Shown here piece after piece: positions 18,227 through 27,092 of a DNA stretch of 42,802 nt. Source of the DNA: a virus (Duplodnaviria > Caudoviricetes); the IMG/VR virus record IMGVR_UViG_3300006851_000002, positions 1-42,802 of that record. One strand, 5' to 3'. The stretch's first letter is position 1; every line of letters begins with the position of its first letter. A program made the translations under genes and the position numbers. The notes beneath the pieces are model-generated. The model made no database searches, was not told the origin of the DNA, and saw only the letters and a program-made list of their open reading frames with translations.

Positions 18227-19926
18227 CCCCTCGACCCTCCGACCTGAGCGTTCGACGCGACCGCGCGCGTGGTGATCGACAGCACTTCCAGCGGCAGCGG
18301 GTCGCTGGACACGATCCGGACCCGGCCGGCGTCCTCGCCCCATCCCGAGGGGATGTCCACGTCCACGATGCCGGTTTTCAGGAACGGCGGCTGGCCGTAG
18401 TCCTCGAACCGGCGCTCCTTCACCGGATACAGCTTGTCCCGAACGCCGCCGGCGAACACCCCGCGCGAGGCCAGCAGCAGGATGCTGACCTTGTACGCCA
18501 GCTTGTGCTGGTCGCGCATGGACTCGCCGCCAGGGTTGTTCAGTTCCAGCGTCTCGATTTCCGCCGCATACGGCAGGCCGATGTTCACCACGCCGGCGCG
18601 GGCGCCCATCTCGATCCGGCCGCCGCCCACCGGAAACGGCCCGGCCACCGCCGAATCGGCCAGCACCGACACCTGCTTGCCTTCCAGGTGCCACAGGTTG
18701 CCGATGGTCTGCCGCTGAAACGTCCAGGTCGTCAGCGGCACCTGCCGAAGTTCGGGCGGCACCGTGCCGATGCTGCGCGCGCGCACCGTGGAATCGTCGT
18801 CGAAGGCGTCGATCACCAGGCGCACCGTCACCCGCCGCGTGGTCAGCACCCCGTCCTCGACCTCCTGCACGTCGGCCCACAGTTCGAACCCATCGTTCAC
18901 GTCGCCCGCTTCGAACAGCGGGTCGGACGCGGAGATGGTCAGTTCATCCTGCTCGGTCCAGCCGGCCGCCGTGGTCAGGGTCAGCGTGGTGGCGCTGCGG
19001 TTGCGGCCGTCGTACTGCAGGCCGCAGTCCACGTAGAACATATCGTCCTCGTCCTCGTACCGCGTCGGCGCCTGCTGCTCGATGAACTGGACCCACTCGC
19101 CATCCACGAACCGGCGCACCAAGTAGTAGCACTCCGATTCCGTCGTGCCCGGCAGGGTGCAGGCGTCCAGGTATTCGCCATCGGTATCGTGCGGATGCCA
19201 GCCGATCACTTCCTGCTCGGGCATGTAGGTACAGCCCACGCGCGTCCCGTCGTCGCGGATGAACCACACCACCTGCCACGGCGCCTTCCAGTATTCCATG
19301 CTCCGGACCTCATGGCCCAGGAACAGATGGTCGGCCCACACGCTGATGTCGTTGCCGCGGAATCCGTCCTTTTCGAACTGGTAGCGCAGGTCGCGGACCT
19401 TTTGCCCCTCGTTCTGGATGAAGATGGCCGACTCACCGATCAACATGGCCGGCACGTCGCCGGTCCCGGAATTGCCCTGATTCTTGGCGCCGATGGTCGA
19501 AGGCGTCACCACCTCGTCGGACCCGCCGGTGATCTTGTACTCCCCGGCCGTGGTCAGCGCCAGCAGATTGTCCAGCGGCACCAGGTCTTTCACCGTGTTC
19601 ACCTGCCGGGCGTTGATGGCGAACGTCACCGCGTCGCTGTCCACGATGGGCGACGACCGGCCGAAGTTGGAATAGTCACCGATGCAGGACGCCCAGAACG
19701 TCTGCGGTGCCGATGGCGACGACGCGAACCACAGCCGGTCCCCGTAGAACTCGACCTCTCGCGGGTAGCCGTAGTGCGGCGACCACGCGCCCAGCGCCCA
19801 CACGTCCGACCCGCCGACACCACTGGAGGGCATCTCGCGGACCTCGATGTTGTCCGTCCCGGACGCCGGCGGCAGGTAGAACGTGATTTCGTCCGTCGTC
19901 GCGTTGATCGTCCAGCCTTGCATCAC
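18223..19926 (-). CDS. Tail tubular protein B (nozzle), C-terminal part
   Basis: 567 aa; GYPREVEFYGDRLWFA, IGWHPHDTDG, FYVDCG, NLWHLEGKQVSVLAD, PLPLEVLSI motifs; split from the N-terminal part by a 5-bp duplication. Confidence 0.85.
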   Translation of the reverse strand: MMQGWTINATTDEITFYLPPASGTDNIEVREMPSSGVGGSDVWALGAWSPHYGYPREVEFYGDRLWFASSPSAPQTFWASCIGDYSNFGRSSPIVDSDAVTFAINARQVNTVKDLVPLDNLLALTTAGEYKITGGSDEVVTPSTIGAKNQGNSGTGDVPAMLIGESAIFIQNEGQKVRDLRYQFEKDGFRGNDISVWADHLFLGHEVRSMEYWKAPWQVVWFIRDDGTRVGCTYMPEQEVIGWHPHDTDGEYLDACTLPGTTESECYYLVRRFVDGEWVQFIEQQAPTRYEDEDDMFYVDCGLQYDGRNRSATTLTLTTAAGWTEQDELTISASDPLFEAGDVNDGFELWADVQEVEDGVLTTRRVTVRLVIDAFDDDSTVRARSIGTVPPELRQVPLTTWTFQRQTIGNLWHLEGKQVSVLADSAVAGPFPVGGGRIEMGARAGVVNIGLPYAAEIETLELNNPGGESMRDQHKLAYKVSILLLASRGVFAGGVRDKLYPVKERRFEDYGQPPFLKTGIVDVDIPSGWGEDAGRVRIVSSDPLPLEVLSITTRAVASNAQVGGSRG

Positions 19927-21296
19927 ATCACCTGTATCCCTTCCCAGCCACCACCAGGCGGTCTCGGGTTTCCACCACCACCACCACCCACGCCGCCGCC
20001 GCCGCCGTAGTTGGGATTTGACTGGACCGGGACGCCGTTGATCGTCACGCGGTAGTCCAGGTAGGACGGGCTGTTCGCGCCCGTGATGCTGAACGTGACC
20101 GTGGAACCGTCGCCGCTGAACGTCCAGCTATTCTCCGGAGACGGCGCCGTGCCGATCAGGCTGTCCGGAACCCGCTCGATCACCACCGCCTTCACTTCCG
20201 TCGCGCTCACGAACTCGGTGATCTGCAGGATGCCGAAGGTGTTGTGCAGGAACTCCCACAGCACGCCCACGGAATAGTCCTCGACGCCATCACTCTTGAT
20301 GTCACCGGGGCCGTCCCATGCGCGGCCAACGTCATGCACCGGCCGGACCCCACCGGCCACGTTGTAGGCGCCGCCGGGCGCGATCTGCGCCGCGCGGTAC
20401 ACCTTCGAATCGGAGCGCCGCTGCGCGCCCACGGAAACGTTCTTCTCGCCCGACGCCCAGGGCTTTACCGCCTGCAGCTCCTTTTCCTCGATGTAGAGCA
20501 GCGACCCGACCATCTCCGCGGCGAACGTGTCCACATTGGTCGTCACCGTGACCACGCCGGCGTTTCCGGACACCGCCATCACGTGCGACTCATCGGCGTT
20601 GAACGAATGGAACGGCCCGCGCTTGAAGTCGAACGGCCGCAGTTCGAAGTGATCGGCCGCCAGCCGGCGCAGTTCCTGCTGCGGCACGTCGCCATGTACG
20701 AGGAACAGCACGTCGGCCGACTGCGTGAACCGCACGTCGTAAACCATGCTGGCTGTGTAGGGCGTGGCGACCTCAACCACCTTCCCCGCGACCCCGCCGC
20801 CCAGGTACGGATCGTCGCCCAGGCTGTTGAACCCTTCGAGTTGGAACGTGGACCCGGTGACGCTGATCGCCCGGAAGGTCCGGCCGTTCACCCGCGTCAT
20901 GCCGCGCGCGCCCTGGATCACAACCCAATCGCCCTCATCCAGCCCGTGAGCCGGCGCCGTGACGATGGCAGGGTCCCCCGCGCTGATGTTGTCGATGGCG
21001 AACGTCGGCTCCGTCAGCAGGCTACCGCCCACCCAGAACCGGAAATACTCGTCGCCCATCTCGATCAGGTACTTCACGTCCGTCGAATAGACGAACGGAA
21101 TGATCCGGGTCGCGCGGTCACTGTACTTCACCCGGCCGCGCATGAACGACCCCGGACGCTTGAACCCGCCGCCGGTCGGCTTCGTGATGACGTTGCGACA
21201 CTTCCCCAAGCTGATCGCGTAGCGCGCCAGATCGACCCGGCCACGCATCCCCGGCGACAGTTCCCCGCCGGACAGGGACGGCTGCAGGTGCTTCAC
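19923..21296 (-). CDS. Tail tubular protein B (nozzle), N-terminal part
   Basis: 457 aa; QPSLSGGELSP..GRVDL..Y, GGGFKRPG, RIIPFVYS, FTQSADVLFLVH motifs. Confidence 0.85.
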   Translation of the reverse strand: MKHLQPSLSGGELSPGMRGRVDLARYAISLGKCRNVITKPTGGGFKRPGSFMRGRVKYSDRATRIIPFVYSTDVKYLIEMGDEYFRFWVGGSLLTEPTFAIDNISAGDPAIVTAPAHGLDEGDWVVIQGARGMTRVNGRTFRAISVTGSTFQLEGFNSLGDDPYLGGGVAGKVVEVATPYTASMVYDVRFTQSADVLFLVHGDVPQQELRRLAADHFELRPFDFKRGPFHSFNADESHVMAVSGNAGVVTVTTNVDTFAAEMVGSLLYIEEKELQAVKPWASGEKNVSVGAQRRSDSKVYRAAQIAPGGAYNVAGGVRPVHDVGRAWDGPGDIKSDGVEDYSVGVLWEFLHNTFGILQITEFVSATEVKAVVIERVPDSLIGTAPSPENSWTFSGDGSTVTFSITGANSPSYLDYRVTINGVPVQSNPNYGGGGGVGGGGGGNPRPPGGGWEGIQVM

Positions 21297-21970
21297 CGCG
21301 GACCCCCCAGCGCCACGTTCCCGCGCGCGGCCAGGCTCGGCGTCACATAGCCCGCGTCCGACGCGCCCTCGTTCATCGCGTGCGCGCCGGCGTTGGTCAG
21401 GGCCAGCGCGTACTCATCCAGCAGCCCCTGTTTCGACTGCAGCCCGACTTCACCGATCAGCGGCGGCGCCGCCTCGGCCGCCAGCCGGCAGGCCAGCGCG
21501 TTCACGAACTGCGGCGGGAACCGGCCGGGATCGTCCACCTTGCCGGCGAACACCAGGTAGGCTTCGCGCACGTTGGTCAGGATCGACGTGCCCTGATCGC
21601 CGTAGGCCGTGTCCCAATCGAACGCGCCGGACCCCCACACGTTCGCCAGGTAGTCGCCATTGGCGAACCGCACCAGCTTGCCGGCCTGCGCCAGCCCGTT
21701 CGCGTCCGTCACCGCGTAGGCGGTCAGGCAGTCGTTCGGGTAGGCGTAGCGGTAACGCCAGCCGGGCATCGGCGGCTCGTCCACCACGCCCAGCGCCTGC
21801 GCCCGCAGCGCCCACGGCTACACCCGTTCCGTCAACACCAGATCGCGGGTCGGCTCCCACAAGCGGTTCATCACGTCCGCCGCCTTCGATTCATCCGTCA
21901 GCGCGGGAATGGCGATGGACTGCGCCAGCTTGTAAAGCGCCAGGTTGAAGATGTCGGTTTGCGTACTCAC
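21293..21970 (-). pseudogene. Tail tubular protein A (adaptor) interrupted by an in-frame TAG at codon 51
   Basis: GTG at 21970 reads MSTQTDIFNLAL..DESKAADVMNRLWEPTRDLVLTERV*PWALR.. in frame with the 164-aa ORF (WRYRYAYPNDCL, FPPQFVNALACRLAAE); TAG at 21818-21820. Confidence 0.8.
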
Positions 21971-21983
21971 GGGCTGCCCCTAC

Positions 21984-22011
21984 AAAAAGGGGCCGACATG
22001 ATGCCGGCCCC
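21984..22011 (-). terminator. Intrinsic terminator after the capsid gene cluster
   Basis: On - strand GGGGCCGGCA-TCA-TGTCGGCCCC followed by TTTTT. Confidence 0.8.
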
Positions 22012-22039
22012 GTCCCAACCATCCAGCGGGACCGCCGGA

Positions 22040-22465
22040 TTACTTGCCTTCCTTCACCTTCGCCAGTTCGGCCCGCGCCGCAGCGGCCTCAGCCTTCGCG
22101 GCCTCGGCCTCCTTGCGGGCCTGGTCGGCCTCGGCCTTCGCGTCGGCCAGCGCCTTCGAACCGTCGCCGTCAGCCACGACCGGCACCGCGCGGCGCGACT
22201 TCGCGCTGTCCGGCACCTTGTCCGCAGCCTTCACGGCCAGTTCGGCCGCATAGCTTTCGTCCATCGACGCCTTCGCGGCCTCGTCGGCCGACACCTTCAC
22301 CAGCCAGCCGCTGACCTGCTCGCCCTTCGCCGCCGACACGACGCCGCCGGCAGTCACCCGGCCGTAGCCGCTGACGTAGTGCGCCGGAGCGCCCGCGGCC
22401 AGGATGTAGTTCACGTCATCCGCCTGCGGCGTGCGCGCGTTGCGTGGACCCTTGTTCTTGCTCAT
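22040..22465 (-). CDS. Hypothetical protein after the cement gene (Ala/Lys-rich C-terminus)
   Basis: ATG 22465 with GGGAGA RBS; position between cement and tail adaptor. Confidence 0.65.
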   Translation of the reverse strand: MSKNKGPRNARTPQADDVNYILAAGAPAHYVSGYGRVTAGGVVSAAKGEQVSGWLVKVSADEAAKASMDESYAAELAVKAADKVPDSAKSRRAVPVVADGDGSKALADAKAEADQARKEAEAAKAEAAAARAELAKVKEGK

Positions 22466-22515
22466 CGTCTTGTCTCCCATGGGGGCCGGCCCCGAAGGCC
22501 GGCTCCCCGTTGCGG

Positions 22516-22968
22516 TCACTCGTTGTGGGCGACCGGGTTCACCGCGGCCATCGCCTGCCAGTAGCCCGGCGTCTGCGTCAGGAACGCGCGGACGGTGCCG
22601 GCGGTGCCCGTGCCATCGACATCGTACTGGATGCCGATGTAACGCTCGTACTCACCGGGAGGGATCGGCAGGACCGCGACGACCTTGTTGGCCGTCAGGT
22701 TCGCCACGGGGACCGCGCCGGTGCTGACGTGGACCGTGGGCGAGGTTGCCAGGTCATCGGTGCTGTCCGACACCAGGCTCGCTTCGAGCGAGGTCAGGCC
22801 GGTGAACGCGGTTCCGGTCTGGATGACCAGGAACAGCGGGCCAGCGAAACCGGGCGCGAAGTTCGCGGTGACGGGCGCCTCGGCGCCGCGGTCGATGACA
22901 TCGGAGATGGCGTCCGCAGTGACCGCCTGATTCTCCGAGAACAGCAGGTGCTGATCGAGGATTGCCAT
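22516..22968 (-). CDS. Capsid cement/decoration protein (Bbp16-like)
   Basis: 150 aa; MAILDQHLLFSENQAVTA..S.DVID..ERYIGIQYDV.GT.TAGTVRAFL; directly after the major capsid gene. Confidence 0.85.
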   Translation of the reverse strand: MAILDQHLLFSENQAVTADAISDVIDRGAEAPVTANFAPGFAGPLFLVIQTGTAFTGLTSLEASLVSDSTDDLATSPTVHVSTGAVPVANLTANKVVAVLPIPPGEYERYIGIQYDVDGTGTAGTVRAFLTQTPGYWQAMAAVNPVAHNE

Positions 22969-23001
22969 GATCTTGTTCCTTCTGTTGGGCCGGGGCCGCC
23001 G

Positions 23002-24015
23002 TTAGGCGACCACGCGGCTTTCGTTGAGAGAGATGGCGTCGGTGCGGCGAACCGGCCGGCCGTCGAAGCCCGTCACCTTGCGACCGGCGACTTCCATCTG
23101 CGACAGCCACACGTTGGCCTTGTTGGCGATCTGCAGGCGCATGTAGGTCGAGATGATGCGCGGGGCGTAGAACACCGGGTTCAGGCCATCCGAGTTGTTG
23201 AGCTGTTCGAGCGCAATGGTCATCAAGTCGATCAGCTTGGCGCCGGCGGTGATGCCGCTGATCGGATCACCACCCTGCAGCAGGGAGTGGTCGATGTTGG
23301 CGATGCGGACGATGTTGCGGTAGTCCTGCACGGCCAGGCCGGCGTTCAGATCGAACCAGTCCTGCACGCCCAGGTACTGGCCGCCCTCGCCGTCACTCAG
23401 CATCGCCTTCTCCAGCGGGGTGTGCTTGATTCCCGCCTGCGTGCCCTTCGGGTAGAAGCCAGTGACGGAACCCTCGCCCCAGCCCACCAGGTAGATCGAG
23501 GTCAGGTTTGCGCCGGAGCCGCCTGCGTCGATGACCTGCACCGCGGTCGGGTCGTTGGCGGCAATGCTGTCGTAGCGCGGCGCGATGCCCATGAAGTCCT
23601 CGGGCGTCACGGTCGGATCGCCGTAGAACAGGGACTGGAAGAACTTCTGCCCCAGGGACTCGATGTGCCCCTTGTTCTCGGTGAAGCGGAAACGGGCCTT
23701 GTCCACGGCCAGTTCCAGCAGCTTCATGTCGATCTGGCCCAGCGCGTTGAACAGGCCGGCGGTTTCCAGGATCGCCCCGTAGCTGGACTTCGTGGGCTTG
23801 ATGCCCTGATTGATCCGGCGCAGGAACGCTTCGGGGAGTTTCTGGCGCGCGCTGACCTTGTGCCCGGTCGTGGAGTTGGCCTCCACCATCGGGATGTCAT
23901 CGAACGCCGGATTGGACTGATGCAGCAGTTCCGCGATGGCAACCGCGGCACCGCTGTCAGTGGTCAGGGCCGCGGCGTCCGCAAGGGTCGGCTGGCCGTT
24001 GGGCAGGGTTGCCAT
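23002..24015 (-). CDS. Major capsid protein (Bbp17/epsilon15 gp7-like)
   Basis: 337 aa; IAELLHQSN..DDIPMVEAN, FYGD..PEDFMGIAPRY, IDAGGSG.NLTSIYLVGWG, GLAVQDYRNIVRIANID, PVRRTDAI motifs. Confidence 0.92.
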   Translation of the reverse strand: MATLPNGQPTLADAAALTTDSGAAVAIAELLHQSNPAFDDIPMVEANSTTGHKVSARQKLPEAFLRRINQGIKPTKSSYGAILETAGLFNALGQIDMKLLELAVDKARFRFTENKGHIESLGQKFFQSLFYGDPTVTPEDFMGIAPRYDSIAANDPTAVQVIDAGGSGANLTSIYLVGWGEGSVTGFYPKGTQAGIKHTPLEKAMLSDGEGGQYLGVQDWFDLNAGLAVQDYRNIVRIANIDHSLLQGGDPISGITAGAKLIDLMTIALEQLNNSDGLNPVFYAPRIISTYMRLQIANKANVWLSQMEVAGRKVTGFDGRPVRRTDAISLNESRVVA

Positions 24016-24057
24016 GATTGTTGCTCCTTTCGTGGTCAGGTGATGGTCATGGTCGGG

Positions 24058-24756
24058 CTACATCTGCACGCCGTCGTACATCTTTTCCCACGGCTTCTTC
24101 GCGCCTTCTGTTGCGCCGCTGTCTCCGACTTCGGAGCCGCTGTCGCGCATCATCTTGCCGAAAAATGCGAACGCCTTGATGAGTTCGGGGTGATTCCCCC
24201 AACCCATCTCGTTGAACGCATCCGACAGCTTCGGAGAGTTCAGCGCGTTCACCGCGGTCTTGGCAAAGCCGAGTTCGGCGTCGTACTTCTCACCGAGTTC
24301 GGCCTTCGCTTCCGTCGCCCAGGTTTCACGCTGTTGCGTTACGGCCGCCTCGTAGGCCGCCGCGCGCGTCGCTTCGTCCTCGCCCACCGTCTTGATGAAG
24401 TGGTCGATGGCCTTCTGCGCCCGCCCCTGAGACAACCCCAGGTCACGGAACAGCGCCAGCGTAGCTTCCTTCCGCTCGCCATCGAGGGTGAACCCCTCCG
24501 GCAGTTCGAAGTCCGCATACGCTTCGGGCGGGCCAGCATCGGTGTCGTCGTCCTGGCCGTCGCCGGACTCCTTGCCTTCGCCATCCTCGCCCTTGCCGGC
24601 ATCCTCGCCGGCCTCGCCACCATCGCCCTGACCCTCCGGCTTGCCGGGATCGGTGCCCTGCTCGCCGTCAGGCTTCGCTGCCTCGGTAGCCACATCGGTC
24701 CCGGCGTCAGGATTGGATTGCTGCTCGCCGTTCTCGGTGTCTTTCTCAACGCTCAT
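24058..24756 (-). CDS. Capsid scaffolding protein
   Basis: Acidic low-complexity N-terminus, PEAYADFELPEG, GWGNHPELIKAF; immediately upstream of the capsid gene; start set at ATG 24756. Confidence 0.8.
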   Translation of the reverse strand: MSVEKDTENGEQQSNPDAGTDVATEAAKPDGEQGTDPGKPEGQGDGGEAGEDAGKGEDGEGKESGDGQDDDTDAGPPEAYADFELPEGFTLDGERKEATLALFRDLGLSQGRAQKAIDHFIKTVGEDEATRAAAYEAAVTQQRETWATEAKAELGEKYDAELGFAKTAVNALNSPKLSDAFNEMGWGNHPELIKAFAFFGKMMRDSGSEVGDSGATEGAKKPWEKMYDGVQM

Positions 24757-25093
24757 CGTCGTTTTCCTCGTTGCCGGGATCAACCGGCGGAACCTTGCGC
24801 CCTTCCGCCCGCATCTGCGCCTCGCGCTCCGGGCAGTATTCGCGGATCACGTTCAGCCACCACTTCGCCGCGTCATGCTTCCCGATGCCGTGAGACTGCA
24901 GCATCGCGTTTGTGGCAAATGGCGACTGATCGAACCCCATTGCATCCATGAACGCCCACAGAATACGCCGCATTGCCGGAAGTTGCATCACCTGCTGCAC
25001 GTCGGACTTGAACAGGTCCGAGCGCAGCTTCTGCTCCTTCTTGGCCTCGCGCTCCTGCCTGCGGCGCTCGTCGATGTCGTATGGATCGCTCAT
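24746..25093 (-). CDS. Bbp19-like conserved phage protein
   Basis: 115 aa; D..QVM.LP..RRILW..M pattern; position between portal and scaffold. Confidence 0.7.
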   Translation of the reverse strand: MSDPYDIDERRRQEREAKKEQKLRSDLFKSDVQQVMQLPAMRRILWAFMDAMGFDQSPFATNAMLQSHGIGKHDAAKWWLNVIREYCPEREAQMRAEGRKVPPVDPGNEENDDER

Positions 25094-26877
25094 GCCCCCG
25101 GCCTGCCCATCTGCTCCGCCAGCCCTTCACCCAGGCTGCCGGGCTGCGGAACCGACTCGTCCAGCGTCTTGATCGCCTGCGCACCGTCCTTGATTGCCGG
25201 CGCCATCGCGGCCATCTGCTCCATCCGCTGCTGCTGCTCGCGCTGCGCCCGGATCGCGGCCACATCTTCCTCCCCGCGGATGATCCGGGCCGGCCCGCCC
25301 GTGCGGTCGTTGTACTCCGAAATGGCCGCGTCGGCGTCGAAGTTGTCCAGCACGCCCGGATCGAACTGCGCCAGGCTCGCCACGAACGTCGCGGTGCGCT
25401 CGATCCCGACCACGCCCGCCGCCTTCATTGCCTGCGCCAGGATCGACGTGTACTCAATCTTCAACGGAACCCCCTCCAGTTCCATCGGCGGCGGCGGGAT
25501 TCGGCCGGCCCGTTCCAGCAGGCGATAGGTCCGGATCACGGTCGGGTCCAGCCCCTCATCGGTGACGATTTCCAGCGTCGGCCCCAGCACCGCGGCCTTT
25601 TCATCCTTGCGCTCGGCAATCTCGAACGCAGTCCGGCCCGTCTGATCGCCCAGCGAGTCCAGCAGCAGGAACAGGTTGTAGAAGAACGCATCCTCCACGC
25701 GGGCCTCGACCTCGCGGATTTCGTTCACGATGAACTGCAGCGCGTTCGGGTCCGGCGTGTACGTCGGCTTGACCTCGATGCCGTGCTGCGTCTGCGGCAG
25801 GAAGTTGCGCGCGCGCGGCGACAGGCTGGCGCCAAGGTTCCGCATCGTGTCCGGCACCGACAGCGGCGGCTCGGCCAGAAGGTCGATCAGTTTCAGCTTC
25901 TGGCCTTCCAGGTATTGAAGCTGCTTGATGTCGCCCAGCGTGTCCACGCCCGGCGCGGTGGAATAGGTGTCGTCGCCCACCGGATTGAACCGGATGCAGA
26001 CGAACGGCGCCTCGTAGTGCCCGCCGACTTTCAGGATGCCGTGCTTGTCGTCCTTCGCGCCGGACAGCCATGTGACCTCACGCCACGGACGCAGGGACAC
26101 AGCCTGGACCCCCAGCGAACCCAGCCCCGGCACCGCGTCCGGGTTCGGCTCGAACAGGGACTCGACCGTGAACTCCTGATCCGGCTTCTCCTTGAACGCG
26201 CGCGCCACGGCATCCGGCAGGCGGGCGGGGTCCGGAACTCGATCTCCCGTGGCCTCATCGTCCACGCCGTACTGCTCCACCAGTTGCCGCGCGGTGCGCC
26301 GGTAGCAGCGCCACAGGCTGTCCACCTTCCCGGCCGCGTCCAGGCTGATCGCGTAGCTGCCGATGGTCAGCGGATGGAACCGCACCACCTCGTCGTCGTG
26401 CGGCAGGGACAGCATCGCGGCCACGCCGTAGGACAAGTCCTCGGTGTACATGACCGGCATGGCCTTGTAGAAATTCGACTTCGCCAGCGTCTCGCGGATG
26501 ATGTCGGTTACCTCATCCAGCCACACCTTCACATGCTGCAGCTTGCCGATGGCCGGGTCCGGCGTGGTCAGGTGGAACCACGGGCGGGCCTTGCTGGTCA
26601 TGTGCGACGACATGCCGGCCGCGGCCACGCGCACGCACCGGGTCGCGGTGCTGTTGATGATCTTCGACCGGCTGCGCTTCGTCGTCCGCGTGCTGGCGGC
26701 CGGACTCTCGAACCGGCCTCGGGACGGGTCCACGTACTCCGTCACCTGCATCCAGTCCGGAATCCATGGCGTCCGCTGCGACAGCATGGCGGACCTCCGG
26801 CGCTCGCACCGCTGGCGCAGCTTCACGCTTTCGGGCTGATCGCTGTTCAGCTTGGCGCGGGCGTCCGACATCTTCAT
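25090..26877 (-). CDS. Portal (head-tail connector) protein
   Basis: 595 aa; ARPWFHL, SNFYKAM, RTAFEIAERKDEK..LGP, IEYTSILAQA motifs of the T7/BPP-1-type portal. Confidence 0.92.
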   Translation of the reverse strand: MKMSDARAKLNSDQPESVKLRQRCERRRSAMLSQRTPWIPDWMQVTEYVDPSRGRFESPAASTRTTKRSRSKIINSTATRCVRVAAAGMSSHMTSKARPWFHLTTPDPAIGKLQHVKVWLDEVTDIIRETLAKSNFYKAMPVMYTEDLSYGVAAMLSLPHDDEVVRFHPLTIGSYAISLDAAGKVDSLWRCYRRTARQLVEQYGVDDEATGDRVPDPARLPDAVARAFKEKPDQEFTVESLFEPNPDAVPGLGSLGVQAVSLRPWREVTWLSGAKDDKHGILKVGGHYEAPFVCIRFNPVGDDTYSTAPGVDTLGDIKQLQYLEGQKLKLIDLLAEPPLSVPDTMRNLGASLSPRARNFLPQTQHGIEVKPTYTPDPNALQFIVNEIREVEARVEDAFFYNLFLLLDSLGDQTGRTAFEIAERKDEKAAVLGPTLEIVTDEGLDPTVIRTYRLLERAGRIPPPPMELEGVPLKIEYTSILAQAMKAAGVVGIERTATFVASLAQFDPGVLDNFDADAAISEYNDRTGGPARIIRGEEDVAAIRAQREQQQRMEQMAAMAPAIKDGAQAIKTLDESVPQPGSLGEGLAEQMGRPGA

Positions 26878-26878
26878 C

Positions 26879-27079
26879 TCATGCCCCCAGGGCCGTCTTT
26901 ACCGGCGCGGTCGGCGCCACGGCACCGCCGCCGGCGAGGATGGTGGACTGCCTGCCGGCCCTGGACCGGGCGCGCTGGCGGGCGCGGTCACGCTCCTGCA
27001 CGGCGGCTTCGTCGATGACCTCCGGCCCCACGTAGGGCTGCGAGGGGACAGGGTTCACCTTCGGGGCGCTGCTGCACAT
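26879..27079 (-). CDS. Small virion-associated protein (T7 gp7.3-like position)
   Basis: 66 aa; MCSSAPK..GRQSTIL..KTALG pattern; immediately upstream of the portal. Confidence 0.7.
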   Translation of the reverse strand: MCSSAPKVNPVPSQPYVGPEVIDEAAVQERDRARQRARSRAGRQSTILAGGGAVAPTAPVKTALGA

Positions 27080-27092
27080 TCTCGATTCTCCG

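Noticed and set aside
17753-18880. 375-aa ORF as called in the track
   Set aside because: The upstream part overlaps the nozzle gene out of frame; the real gene likely starts at GTG 18226
19960-19985. Programmed -1 frameshift joining the nozzle halves
   Set aside because: The -1 frame is open, but TGGAAAC is not a canonical slippery heptamer and the 5-bp duplication explains the split more simply
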